A stretch of DNA of 63,006 nucleotides, the filler included. It is 4 parts of 4 records of this genome, joined end to end, with 100 filler letters (N's around TTAATTAATTAA, not from the genome) between each part and the next. Parts side by side here need not be neighbours in the genome. Positions count along the whole stretch, not along the records: positions 20,316 to 47,482 come from SRR20825019_242; positions 47,583 to 53,548 come from SRR20825019_254; 2 more parts are not named here. One strand, 5' to 3'. The notes under the pieces are model-generated. The model had not been told where the DNA came from and made no database searches. It was given only the letters and a program-made list of their open reading frames with translations. Below, one piece after another: positions 40,431-50,357 of this stretch. The translations under genes were made by a program, and so were the position numbers. Each line of letters opens with the position of its first letter. The stretch's first letter is position 1.

Positions 40431-42446
40431 TTATTTTAAGAATCCATATGTTTTTGCATACTCAAGCATTTGAGCCTCAAAAGATTCTGGTTGTGTTACT
40501 TTTATAGCAGTAATGGTTCCATCTTCATCCATTTCTGGAACAAGAACAGGATTTACAAAACCACTATAAGGTGCGCTTTTAAATTGCTTATTTCGTTCTA
40601 AAACTTCTTTATGAATGTCTTGATTTACTTTTACACCATAATCTTCAACTAAAGCTTTAGCAGCTTCATAGTCACCTTCAGATGTAATTCGCTGTGTTTC
40701 CTTAAGTAATTCTCCAAACAGCTCACGCATTTTAGAGTAATCTTTAATATCAAAGTAAGTTTTACCATCACGTTGCTCCATAACAACTGCTCCAGATTCT
40801 TGAGCTTTCTCGAACACCCAAGCACTTACCCATTGTCTGTTACGCATATGTGCTTCTTCTACATCATCACCTAACTCTAATCGAATTAGCTGCGTCATCA
40901 TACCATTTCTTATATAACCATCATAAGCAGCTTTTCCTGTTTTTTCCCAGTTGTCTGTTAATCCTAGTTCTTGAAGTTTAGGATCCATTAAATAGTATAA
41001 GCCGAATAAATCTGCACGACCTTCTTCAATTGTAGATTTGTAACTCTTTAAAGTTTCTTTTGGTGTACCAACACCTGGATTTATCTGTCCAGAAGCGTGC
41101 CCTACTACTTCGTGTAATGCGGTGTGTAGCTTATCTGCTTGCTTACCATATTCTTTTTCTAATGCTACCTCTAAAGAATCGTTTGCAAATTCTTCTAAAC
41201 GACCAGAACCGCCAGCACCATTATATGCATTAATTATGTTACCTAAGGATACAGACTTACTTCCGTGAGCTTGTCTTATCCAGTTGTTGTTTGGTAAGTT
41301 TACACCAATTGGCGTACTTGGTGAAGCATCTCCAGCTTCTCCTGCAACAATAACAGTTTTATAAGATACTCCTTTTACCTCTGCTTTTTTGTGCTCAGCC
41401 ATTAATGGAGAGTTATCTTCAAACCATTGTGCATCTTTAGATAAAACAGCCATCTTTTTAGACATGTCAAAATCTTTAATCTGTACAATACTTTCATAAG
41501 AACCTTTATAACCTTTTGGATCGTTGTAAACTTCAATAAAGCCATTTATCCAATCGATATCACCTTCTGTAGAGTTTACCCAAGCAATAGCATACTCATC
41601 CCAAGTATCTAAGCTTCCTGTTTTATAATAGTCAATTAATAATCCTAAAGCTTTTGCTTGATTTTCATTTTCTGCTACTCCTTTAGCTTTTTCTAACCAA
41701 CCGATAACCTCATCAATAGCTTCGCCATAAAGACCTCCACTTTTGTATGTTTTTTCAACCAGCTTACCGTTTTCTTTAACAAGTTTAGTATTAAGACCAA
41801 GTTCAATTGGCTCATTAGCATCAACTGTTTTAGATCCATAAAACTGCTCTACATCTGCAGTAGTTACATCTGGTCCATAAAAGTTTATAGCGCTCTCTAA
41901 TACAATATCTGCATCTTTAGAAAGGTTTACTTTTTTAGCATCTTTATCATTAAACAATACTTCAAAAGCTTCGCCTTCAAGCGTTGTATTTGTATCTGCT
42001 AAAAGTTGATTTAAATACTCTGCAGAAAACTCTGGAGTCATCTTTACAGTACTGTAATGATGGTGTATACCATTAGAGAACCATATACGCTTAACAAACG
42101 TTTCGAAGTTTTTCCAGTCTTCTGTGTTTTTATCACCAGTGTATGTTGTATACACATTTTCTAATGCTTTACGAATAGTAAGGTTATGACGATAGTTTTG
42201 AGCCCACATCATATCACGACCACTAAGACCAGCTTGCGTCATGTAGTAAACAAGCTTTTGCTTTTCTAGACTTAAATTTTCCCATCCAGGAATTTCGTAT
42301 TGCAAGATTTTAATGTCTGCAAATTCATCTACAATTCCAGCTTTGGTTTCTTTTGGTTCTGGTTTTACCTCTTCTTTCTTTTCTTGGCCACAAGATGTTA
42401 AAAGAAGTAACCCTAAACTTAATACGGTTAGATATTTAAATGTCAT
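40431..42446 (-). CDS. Dipeptidyl peptidase III (M49) lipoprotein
   Basis: LTSC lipobox, GIHHHY, GFIEVY, IGVNLPN, HEVVGH (HExxGH), EEGRAD and EAHMRNR. Confidence 0.92.
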   Translation of the reverse strand: MTFKYLTVLSLGLLLLTSCGQEKKEEVKPEPKETKAGIVDEFADIKILQYEIPGWENLSLEKQKLVYYMTQAGLSGRDMMWAQNYRHNLTIRKALENVYTTYTGDKNTEDWKNFETFVKRIWFSNGIHHHYSTVKMTPEFSAEYLNQLLADTNTTLEGEAFEVLFNDKDAKKVNLSKDADIVLESAINFYGPDVTTADVEQFYGSKTVDANEPIELGLNTKLVKENGKLVEKTYKSGGLYGEAIDEVIGWLEKAKGVAENENQAKALGLLIDYYKTGSLDTWDEYAIAWVNSTEGDIDWINGFIEVYNDPKGYKGSYESIVQIKDFDMSKKMAVLSKDAQWFEDNSPLMAEHKKAEVKGVSYKTVIVAGEAGDASPSTPIGVNLPNNNWIRQAHGSKSVSLGNIINAYNGAGGSGRLEEFANDSLEVALEKEYGKQADKLHTALHEVVGHASGQINPGVGTPKETLKSYKSTIEEGRADLFGLYYLMDPKLQELGLTDNWEKTGKAAYDGYIRNGMMTQLIRLELGDDVEEAHMRNRQWVSAWVFEKAQESGAVVMEQRDGKTYFDIKDYSKMRELFGELLKETQRITSEGDYEAAKALVEDYGVKVNQDIHKEVLERNKQFKSAPYSGFVNPVLVPEMDEDGTITAIKVTQPESFEAQMLEYAKTYGFLK

Positions 42447-42654
42447 TTTATATAATTTGATTATTTAAGGTGCAATTTAATGGTATTTCGCTAAATCTTA
42501 ATTCCTTATCTCATATATTTTTAAGAATGACTCCTGTAATTCATTCAACTTCATAACCTTAAAAGCATATTTTATCACTTATACCCCAAAAATGTTTCGA
42601 AAACAGTTGCTATAATATGTATATTTACATACCATTAACTATACCCCTAACTTT

Positions 42655-43686
42655 ATGAAATTTTTAAAATACTTATTTTTCCTTTTACTAATTGTAATAA
42701 TTGGCGCCTCTATATATGTAGCCACTATAGATGGCGACTTTCAAGTTGAAGACTCTAAAGTAATTAATGCACCAGCATCTGTAATTTACAATGAAATAAA
42801 TGATCTTAAAACTTGGGAAGATTGGGGTCCTTGGAAAGTAGATGATCCAAACATAGTTAAAAGCTACCCTGAAAAAACAGTAGGCGTTGGTGCAAGTTAT
42901 TCTTGGACAGGTGATACTGCTCCAGATGGCCGTATTGAAACTATTGATGCTATACCAAATAAAAGCATTACACAAACCATGGTAATGGAAACACCTTTAG
43001 GACCTTCTGAAAGTACTGTATATTGGACATTTGAAGAGGTTCAAGAAGGTACAAAAGTAACTTGGGGAATGAAGGGTTCTCAAAGTTTTCAGGATAAAGC
43101 ATATTGGGCAACACAAGATGGTTCTTACACACAAATGCTAAAACCAATGTTTCCTAAAGGCTTAGAAAACATTAATACAGTAATCGAAACTAAAATGTCT
43201 GAATTTTCTATAAATATTGATGGCATTACACAACATAGTGGCGGTTATTATATGTACAATACTTCTGCATCTAAGATAAGTGCTATTGGCACCAAAATGG
43301 CAGAGATGATGCCACAAGTATTTTCTTATATGCAAGAAAATAATATTCCTATTTCCGGTAGCCCAATGACTATTTACGAGCAATGGGACTTAGCAAATAA
43401 TACCGCTATATTTTCTTCTGCAATACCAACCACAAACCAAGTTATCACTCCTAATGATAGTCCTATATTATGCGGTTTTATGCCATCTCAAAAAGTTGTT
43501 AAGACGACACTTAAAGGAGATTATAAAAACTTAAAAGATGCTTGGGGTGCTGCTAATGCTTATTTAGAAGAAAATAGCCTTGAGAAAATGGAGACTTCAA
43601 AAGACTTTGAAGTTTATAGAACAGATCCTAGTGCAGACCCAAATCCAGCTAACTGGGTAACAGAAATTTATATTCCTATAAAATAA
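42655..43686 (+). CDS. Membrane-anchored SRPBCC + GyrI-like effector-binding domain protein
   Basis: N-terminal TM, INAP...WEDWGPW (SRPBCC), and C-terminal GDY..L..AW...FEVY..DP...TEIYIP (GyrI-like). Confidence 0.82.
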   Translation: MKFLKYLFFLLLIVIIGASIYVATIDGDFQVEDSKVINAPASVIYNEINDLKTWEDWGPWKVDDPNIVKSYPEKTVGVGASYSWTGDTAPDGRIETIDAIPNKSITQTMVMETPLGPSESTVYWTFEEVQEGTKVTWGMKGSQSFQDKAYWATQDGSYTQMLKPMFPKGLENINTVIETKMSEFSINIDGITQHSGGYYMYNTSASKISAIGTKMAEMMPQVFSYMQENNIPISGSPMTIYEQWDLANNTAIFSSAIPTTNQVITPNDSPILCGFMPSQKVVKTTLKGDYKNLKDAWGAANAYLEENSLEKMETSKDFEVYRTDPSADPNPANWVTEIYIPIK

Positions 43687-43692
43687 GAATAC

Positions 43693-44280
43693 TCAATTAT
43701 TATGGTTACTGTTAGACAAATAGCGCTTAGTTAAATTAGAGAGACTCTTTGGTTCTAAACTTATATGTTCCTGTTGCGTTCTTAAGGTTTCAATTTTAGA
43801 AGCATAGGGAATATTTCCTACTTTAATTAGTGCATTTAATTCTGCATCAAAACAATTATATAATAATTGAGAAAGTGGTGTTCTTAATTGCGTATGGTTA
43901 AACTTTTGAATAAGCTTCTTACAACTAGATAAAAATAATTGAGGATGTTTTGAAAGTGTCTTTACGATATTTCCAAAATCTATTAAAACGTGTTCATTAG
44001 ATAAGCTTTTTACTGTGATACCAGTATCTATATTAAGCAAAGGTTTAAATAAATATAAAGCTTGATGTATATATGCAGTACGCTCTACCTCAGATAAATA
44101 TATAATATCCAAACCTAGCGCCGTTTTTACTACAAATACATTTTCACCCAAAGTAAGCTTAAGGTATTCCCAATAGTTTAATTCCTGATCTATTGGTAAA
44201 ACGGCTTTTCTTTTAAAACCCTTATTACGAATTCTTACCGATTGTAGTTTATTAATGAGAGATGTATCAAGACTCATCAC
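43693..44280 (-). CDS. Hypothetical protein, possibly a degenerate glutamyl-tRNA reductase N-domain homolog
   Basis: 195-aa ORF overlapping the ankyrin stop by 14 bp. The fold assignment is by eye only (see findings). Confidence 0.6.
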   Translation of the reverse strand: MMSLDTSLINKLQSVRIRNKGFKRKAVLPIDQELNYWEYLKLTLGENVFVVKTALGLDIIYLSEVERTAYIHQALYLFKPLLNIDTGITVKSLSNEHVLIDFGNIVKTLSKHPQLFLSSCKKLIQKFNHTQLRTPLSQLLYNCFDAELNALIKVGNIPYASKIETLRTQQEHISLEPKSLSNLTKRYLSNSNHNN

Positions 44281-44743
44281 TCAATAAGTCTAGAATATCA
44301 TTTAACTCTTGCATTTGTGCGTGATCTTTAGCAGTATGACCTCGAGCATCTTTTAAACTCTTATCTGCATTATGCGCCAATAAAAGCTTAACAATAGCTT
44401 CTTGATTAAAGGTTGTTGCATAAATTAAAGCGGTCGCATTGTTAGAGTTTTGCAAATCTATGTTGGCGCCACGTTTAATTAGTAACTCAGCAATTTCTGG
44501 ATACCCCTTAAAACACACACCCATAAGCGCTGTATTTCCAGAAGCATCTTGTGCATTTATGTCTGCGTTATGATCTAATAAAATTTCAGTAATATCTTTA
44601 AAACCATAATAAGTAGCAAGTAACAATGGTGTAGAACCACGTTGGTCTTTAGCTTGTATAAGTTCTGGATATTCTTTTAATACAATAGCAATATTTGCCT
44701 TGTCTTGAGAGCGTATAGCGTTAAATAGTAAATCAGGATTCAT
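44267..44743 (-). CDS. Ankyrin repeat protein
   Basis: Repeats GSTPLLLA, GNTALMG, NATALIYA and GHTAKD with ADIN/ANID turns. Start at MNPDLLF. Confidence 0.92.
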   Translation of the reverse strand: MNPDLLFNAIRSQDKANIAIVLKEYPELIQAKDQRGSTPLLLATYYGFKDITEILLDHNADINAQDASGNTALMGVCFKGYPEIAELLIKRGANIDLQNSNNATALIYATTFNQEAIVKLLLAHNADKSLKDARGHTAKDHAQMQELNDILDLLSDES

Positions 44744-44898
44744 AGCATAAATTATAGTTGAAAATGTACGTAAAACCTTTATAGGCATCAACCGGTTTAA
44801 CATTTATTTTCTTGATGTATAAAATTATGTTATTTGTAAGTCTTACAAGTATTTGCATTATCTATTGTCGTAATTTTAAGATTAGAAAATTCTATACT

Positions 44899-45423
44899 AT
44901 GAAATTAGACTACTTTACAAATGATATAGGCATGGTGCCAGAAATTATTATAGGTACTATAGTTGTTTACATTGCTGTTATCATATTAACAAGAATATTT
45001 GGCCTTAAAAGCTTTAGTAAAATGACTGGGTTTGACTTTGTAAATACTGTTGCCATAGGTAATCTTATAGGTATGACCATTGCCACCAACAACCCTAAAT
45101 TACTACTAGGTATTTTATTAATTGGGCTTTTATACCTTGCAAATTATTTAGTATCGTTACTTAGATTTAGAAGCAAAACGGCACGAAAACATTTAGATAA
45201 CAGTCCAGTATTAATTATGAGAGACGGACAAATACTTTATGATAATTTAAATAAAGTAGAAATTACAGAAAACGAACTTAGAGGCAAATTAAGAGAAGCA
45301 AATGTGATAAGACTAAATGAAGTAAAAGCTGTAATCCTAGAAACTACAGGAGATGTAAGTGTATTACATGGTGATGACGACAAAGAAATTGAGGATTATA
45401 TTTTAGAAGATGTTGAAAAATAG
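44899..45423 (+). CDS. DUF421 (YetF-like) membrane protein
   Basis: SKMTGFDF..TVAIG, P.LIMRDG, LREANV and ILETTGDVSVL. Start at MKLDYF. Confidence 0.88.
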   Translation: MKLDYFTNDIGMVPEIIIGTIVVYIAVIILTRIFGLKSFSKMTGFDFVNTVAIGNLIGMTIATNNPKLLLGILLIGLLYLANYLVSLLRFRSKTARKHLDNSPVLIMRDGQILYDNLNKVEITENELRGKLREANVIRLNEVKAVILETTGDVSVLHGDDDKEIEDYILEDVEK

Positions 45424-45515
45424 AATGCATAATTATAAAATTCTTAACTATTTTAACAAAGTGTAAACATTTTCAGAAATGTAATTTCCTATTTTCGTCG
45501 CTATAATTTCATTTC

Positions 45516-47405
45516 GTGATTTTAAGACTCATTTTTTTATTGATTCTTTCTGCTTCTTACGCTCAAGAATCTAAGTTTACAATTTTAGATCTCCCCAAAT
45601 CTTTAACTGAAAATGCCAATAGTATCACCAAATCTGAATCTACATTTGTAGATGTCTCAGATTCTGGCTCACAAGACGTATACTATACAAAGACCATTAC
45701 TATTCTAAATAGTAAAGGAAACTCAGATATTAATGCCTTTGCATTTTATGACAACAACAGTAAAGTAAAAAAACTTAATGCGACCATATATGATGCATTA
45801 GGAAATAAAATTAAAAGCTTTAGTAAACGTGACTTTAGGGATGTAAGTGCAGTAAGTAACGGGACGTTGTATTCAGACAATCGTGTAATGTACCTGGACC
45901 ACACTCCTATAACTTATCCATATACTGTTGTTTTCGAAAAAGAGACAACCTCCAAAACATCTGCTTTTATAGAACGTTGGATGCCTATTGAAGATTACTT
46001 AAGCAGTACGGTTAGATCTACTTATACCATAAAATTTAATCCTAAGAACAAGCCTATATTTAAAGAGTTTAATTTTGATGGCTATACTATCACTACGGAA
46101 CAAAAGGAAGGAGAAATGTCCTGGAAAGCAGAATTACTACCTGCTGTAAAACATGAGTATTTAGCACCAAATTTAAATGAAATTACGCCTATGCTTAGGT
46201 TGTATTTACCACAATTTAGCTTACAAGGCGAAAAAGGATCTGCTAACAGTTGGCAAGATTTTGGTAACTGGATGAATACCAACCTCATTGAAAAAACAAA
46301 CGATTTAAGTTCTGAAACTATTGAAGCAATTAGAGCTCTTACAGCCAATGCTACTACAGATGAAGAAAAAGCGCGAATTGTATATAAATTCGTTCAGGAT
46401 AAAGTTCGTTATATAAGCGTTCAGATTGAAATTGGTGGCTGGAAACCAATGCTAGCGTCCGATGTAGATAAACTAAGCTATGGGGATTGTAAAGCCCTTA
46501 CCAATTACACCAAAAGTTTAATGGATGCTGTTGGACTAACTTCATACTACACCATAATTTATGGCGGAAATGAACAAACAGATATAGATAAAGATTTAGT
46601 TGCTGTACAAGGTAATCATGTAATATTAGGAGTAGATTTAAATGAAGATATAACTTGGTTAGAGTGTACTAGCCAAACATCTCCATTTGGATATTTAGGA
46701 GATTTTACAGATAACAGAGATGCTTTAATGATTACTCCAAATGGCGGTATAATTACCAAGACAAAAGCATACAATGCAGAAGAAAGCACCAAACGCTATA
46801 CAATTAATTGCGACATAGATGGCACCTCAGTAAAAGGTCATTTAAATGAACACAGCAAAGGTGTTTTTTATCAAGAGGCTAGTTATGCTAACACTATGTC
46901 TCAAGAAGAATTAAAGAACAGTTACTTAACAGAGTGGCGTCACATAAACGGTCTTTCTGTAACTAATATAAGTTTAAATGACGATCAAGATAATATTACT
47001 TATCAAGAAGATTTAGATTTTACAATACACCAATACCTCTCAAAAGCTGGGAATAACTTTATACTTAAGCCAATAGTATTTAGCAATTCGAGAGCATTAG
47101 TCCCACCAAGAACCAGCAACAGGAAAACACCTTTTATTATACAGCGTCCTAAAACAGTAGAGTTTTTAATTTCTTATACCATACCAGAAGGTATGACGGT
47201 AAACACACCAGAAGACACTTTACTACATACCCCATTTGGAGAATACAGCTTAACCTTCTCTTTAAAGGACAACCGTTTATCCTGTAAAAGATCCCTTAAA
47301 ATTACCGAAGGCACATTTGAGCCTAACCAATATGAAGCTTACAGATCATTTTGTAAGACCATAACTAATAAAGACAACACAAAACTCCTTATCTCTACAT
47401 TATGA
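45516..47405 (+). CDS. DUF3857 + transglutaminase-like domain protein
   Basis: Signal peptide, VQDKVRYISVQ..IGGWKP, YGDCKAL (Cys), NHVIL (His) and WLECT. Confidence 0.85.
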   Translation: MILRLIFLLILSASYAQESKFTILDLPKSLTENANSITKSESTFVDVSDSGSQDVYYTKTITILNSKGNSDINAFAFYDNNSKVKKLNATIYDALGNKIKSFSKRDFRDVSAVSNGTLYSDNRVMYLDHTPITYPYTVVFEKETTSKTSAFIERWMPIEDYLSSTVRSTYTIKFNPKNKPIFKEFNFDGYTITTEQKEGEMSWKAELLPAVKHEYLAPNLNEITPMLRLYLPQFSLQGEKGSANSWQDFGNWMNTNLIEKTNDLSSETIEAIRALTANATTDEEKARIVYKFVQDKVRYISVQIEIGGWKPMLASDVDKLSYGDCKALTNYTKSLMDAVGLTSYYTIIYGGNEQTDIDKDLVAVQGNHVILGVDLNEDITWLECTSQTSPFGYLGDFTDNRDALMITPNGGIITKTKAYNAEESTKRYTINCDIDGTSVKGHLNEHSKGVFYQEASYANTMSQEELKNSYLTEWRHINGLSVTNISLNDDQDNITYQEDLDFTIHQYLSKAGNNFILKPIVFSNSRALVPPRTSNRKTPFIIQRPKTVEFLISYTIPEGMTVNTPEDTLLHTPFGEYSLTFSLKDNRLSCKRSLKITEGTFEPNQYEAYRSFCKTITNKDNTKLLISTL

Positions 47406-47482
47406 AGCAAACTTTACTCTTAATTGCTCTTACACTTATTACATTTCCTACACTTGCCCAAGACTATGATTTTGGAGATGTT
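47402..47482 (+). CDS. N-terminus of the next exported protein, truncated (possibly a DUF3857 partner)
   Basis: ATGA overlap; MKQTLLLIALTLITFPTLAQDYDFGDV runs into the spacer. Confidence 0.65.
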
Positions 47483-47582
47483 NNNNNNNNNNNNNNNNNN
47501 NNNNNNNNNNNNNNNNNNNNNNNNNNTTAATTAATTAANNNNNNNNNNNNNNNNNNNNNNNNNNNNNNNNNNNNNNNNNNNN
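47483..47582. other. Artificial contig spacer
   Basis: 44 N + TTAATTAATTAA + 44 N; composition shifts across it. Confidence 0.98.
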
Positions 47583-47881
47583 TTCATTCTGATGGTTAAG
47601 CGAACATGATCCAGATCTTCTGCAAGATTGATCCCAATCACCTGCCCGACATCAACATCACGATATCGAACGGCCGTTTTACCTGCGGAAATTCCATCAG
47701 CCGTTTGAAAGGTCACACTAATTTCCGGCCCCTTTGACACGATATCGCGCCAAAGCAACCACCCGCCAATGATCAACGCAACAAGCGGCACCAGCCAAAT
47801 GATGGAAAACCGGCTCCAGCCTTTTTTGACATCAGGCACGCCCGGCCGCCGGTCAAATGAAGAAGTATTCTCGTCAATCAT
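47583..47881 (-). CDS. pqiB: Intermembrane transport protein PqiB (MCE), 5' part
   Basis: SIIWLVPLVALIIGGWL, GPEISVTF.TADGI.AGKT.VRYRDVDVG; truncated at the spacer. Confidence 0.92.
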
Positions 47882-49209
47882 GACGGCGTCCCCTGTTTTT
47901 CAACTTGGTCTTGTGCGTAAACATCTGGCGTACTGGATTGTGATCCGCCCATTCCTGTCCGGTCCCATATGAGACGTGGATCGAATGCCATCGCTGACAA
48001 CATGGTCGCAATAACCACCCCGCAAAAGGCAACCGCGCCAAAGCCCGGCTGAACGGACGCGATATTGCCAAGCTTGACCAATGCAGCGAGGATCGAGACC
48101 ATGAAAACGTCAACCATCGACCAGCGCCCGACCAGTTCGGTAACCCGATAGATCAATGTGCGTTCCTTAAGGGGTCCTGAAAGCCCTAAATAGGTTGTCA
48201 TATAGACCCAGCTCAACATGACGATCTTGACGATTGGCACCAGAATGCTTGCGGTAAAGACCACAATCGCAATGGGCCATTCCCCTGCCTTAGCCAATAC
48301 AGCCACGCCAGATAGAATGGTATCGGCCTCTGATCGTCCCAGATAAGTCACGGTCATAATCGGAAAGATATTGGCAGGCACATATAATATCACGGCTGTC
48401 GCCAACAACGCCCATGCCCGTGAAAGACTTCTGGCTTTCCGTTGATGGACAGCATCCCCGCATCGCGGACAGCGCGTATGACCGTCTTTTTGGTCCTGTA
48501 CCACCATCGCACATGTGTGACAGGTCAGAAGACCGTAATGCCGGGCCTGCGAAACACTGTTTCCGTTCGAAAGCTCGGCAAGATCACTTTGATCAAGATA
48601 TCGCAAGCTAGCCGGGGCAATGCGCCGCCAGACATTGCGTGGATCAAGGGTCACATTCATCAGCAAAGCCACCGGAATAAGGCAGCAAATTGCAAAAAAT
48701 GCCGGCCCCGCAATTACTTGGGCAAAATCGGTCAGTTTGGTAAGTGCGACTAGCAATCCAATCAGGAAAACATCAAGCATTGACCAAGGCCGCACCATCG
48801 CAAGAATACGCCAGACCTTTTGCATTCCGGGCAAACGGATATTCAGCGAGATCGGCAGCAAGACGTAGATATGCGCAAAAATCAGAAATAACGGCGCAAC
48901 AATCGACGTCAACGCAACCATAAAGGCCAGAAAAGGAAACCCTTCCTGCCAAAATGTCACAACGCCACTGCCCAGTGTGTTGGTTTCAACCCGCCCTTCC
49001 ATGGCAAAGGTCAAGATCGGATAACTGTTGGCGATGATGAACAGCAAAAGCGCGGTAACAGCAAACGCCAACGGCTTGTCAAACCGTGATTGTTCCGCAG
49101 AATATAACGGTGACCCACACCGAACACAGCAAGCCACACTACCTGCCGGGATGTTTTCCTCGACATGAAGATAGTCGCAATGCTCACATGCAATCAGTCG
49201 ATGCGACAT
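47878..49209 (-). CDS. pqiA: Paraquat-inducible protein A (fused two-domain form)
   Basis: Two CxxC..CxRC modules, PWSMLDVF and GRWSMVDVF, FDPRLIWD. Start at MSHRLIAC. Confidence 0.93.
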   Translation of the reverse strand: MSHRLIACEHCDYLHVEENIPAGSVACCVRCGSPLYSAEQSRFDKPLAFAVTALLLFIIANSYPILTFAMEGRVETNTLGSGVVTFWQEGFPFLAFMVALTSIVAPLFLIFAHIYVLLPISLNIRLPGMQKVWRILAMVRPWSMLDVFLIGLLVALTKLTDFAQVIAGPAFFAICCLIPVALLMNVTLDPRNVWRRIAPASLRYLDQSDLAELSNGNSVSQARHYGLLTCHTCAMVVQDQKDGHTRCPRCGDAVHQRKARSLSRAWALLATAVILYVPANIFPIMTVTYLGRSEADTILSGVAVLAKAGEWPIAIVVFTASILVPIVKIVMLSWVYMTTYLGLSGPLKERTLIYRVTELVGRWSMVDVFMVSILAALVKLGNIASVQPGFGAVAFCGVVIATMLSAMAFDPRLIWDRTGMGGSQSSTPDVYAQDQVEKQGTPS

Positions 49210-49356
49210 GGTTTCCCTGTTTAAACAAACCGTTATACAAAATGGCTCGTCTGGCAAAGTAAGCGACAAATTTTACTTTAAGTCAAATTTGATCCGCGTA
49301 TCAAAGCCTTCCTCTGATCGAACCTCGTCCCTTAAAAATCCAAACCCATCAACTTG

Positions 49357-50256
49357 TTACGCGGTAATTTTGGGCAAAAAACGGCGGGCTTGGGTCGATA
49401 CAATCTCGTTGACCTGATCAAGAAGACGGCTTTGGATGGTTTTGTGATGCCAATAAAGCGGTCGGTCTATCGCATGCTGACAGGGCTGAACCAGACTTCC
49501 GTTCCGCAATCCTTCTTCGGCCTGTTGTTGTGCTACAACGGCATAGGCGATGCCCTGCTCGGCCACGGTGACGAACCCTTGCGAACTTGGAACCATATGT
49601 GCGGGAAATTCACCGGGATTTAGTCCGAAATACTGTTTTAAAAACTGATTTTGCAATTCATCATGTTCTGAAAAATTTACAGCCGGACATGCGCGCAAGG
49701 CATCTGGCGTCACGCCATTGGCGAAATACCGCGCGTTAAATTCAGGCGATACAACCATGACATAGCGCATTACCCCTAACGGGCGCACCCGACATCCCTG
49801 GATGGGTGCGGATCGCATGCTGATCGCGCCCAACACCGTACCATCCTGCAAGGCTGTGTGGTTCAAGGATTCATCATCAACCGTCAGATGGACCAGAAGC
49901 CCCAAATGTTCGAACAGATGTTTGGGCACATCAACAAACCACGTCGCAAGGCTGTCGGCATTGACCGCCAATGCCACCTGCCCGAACCGGCCATCGGTTT
50001 GAATGACGGGAAGTTCTTCATGGAGTTCCTGTTCTAGCAACCGCACACTTTGATAATGCGCAAGCAACCTTTGCCCTGCCGCGGTCGCGGCGATCGGCTT
50101 GGCCCGAATAATGACAGGTTGCCCCAAGCGTTCTTCCAACAGCTTCACACGTTGCGATACCGCAGACTGGGTAAGGCCCAATTCACGTGCTGCCTTTTCA
50201 AAACTGCCGTGGCGAATGACCTCGGCACTGGCCTGAAGCAATTTGTAATCGAGCAT
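49357..50256 (-). CDS. argP: LysR family regulator ArgP/LysG
   Basis: LDYKLL, SFEKAA..L.LTQSAVSQR, LAVNADSLATWF and LYWH; divergent from a LysE exporter. Confidence 0.92.
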   Translation of the reverse strand: MLDYKLLQASAEVIRHGSFEKAARELGLTQSAVSQRVKLLEERLGQPVIIRAKPIAATAAGQRLLAHYQSVRLLEQELHEELPVIQTDGRFGQVALAVNADSLATWFVDVPKHLFEHLGLLVHLTVDDESLNHTALQDGTVLGAISMRSAPIQGCRVRPLGVMRYVMVVSPEFNARYFANGVTPDALRACPAVNFSEHDELQNQFLKQYFGLNPGEFPAHMVPSSQGFVTVAEQGIAYAVVAQQQAEEGLRNGSLVQPCQHAIDRPLYWHHKTIQSRLLDQVNEIVSTQARRFLPKITA

Positions 50257-50263
50257 ATCTCAC

Positions 50264-50280
50264 CATTATTTTTTCTAATG
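50264..50280. promoter_or_regulatory. Candidate LysR (ArgP) recognition site
   Basis: CATTA-N7-TAATG palindrome containing T-N11-A in the argP/argO divergent gap. Confidence 0.5.
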
Positions 50281-50357
50281 ATACTTTATCATAATTCGAT
50301 TTTTTTATTTCGAAAAATTGATATCACTGGCGGACCAACAAACACTGGAATGCTAAA

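Noticed and set aside
20316..47482. 27-kb AT-rich block as a genomic island in an alphaproteobacterium
   Set aside because: It is bounded by artificial spacers, is full of core genes (parAB, dapB, lepB, mutL) and has no integrase; it is another organism's contig.
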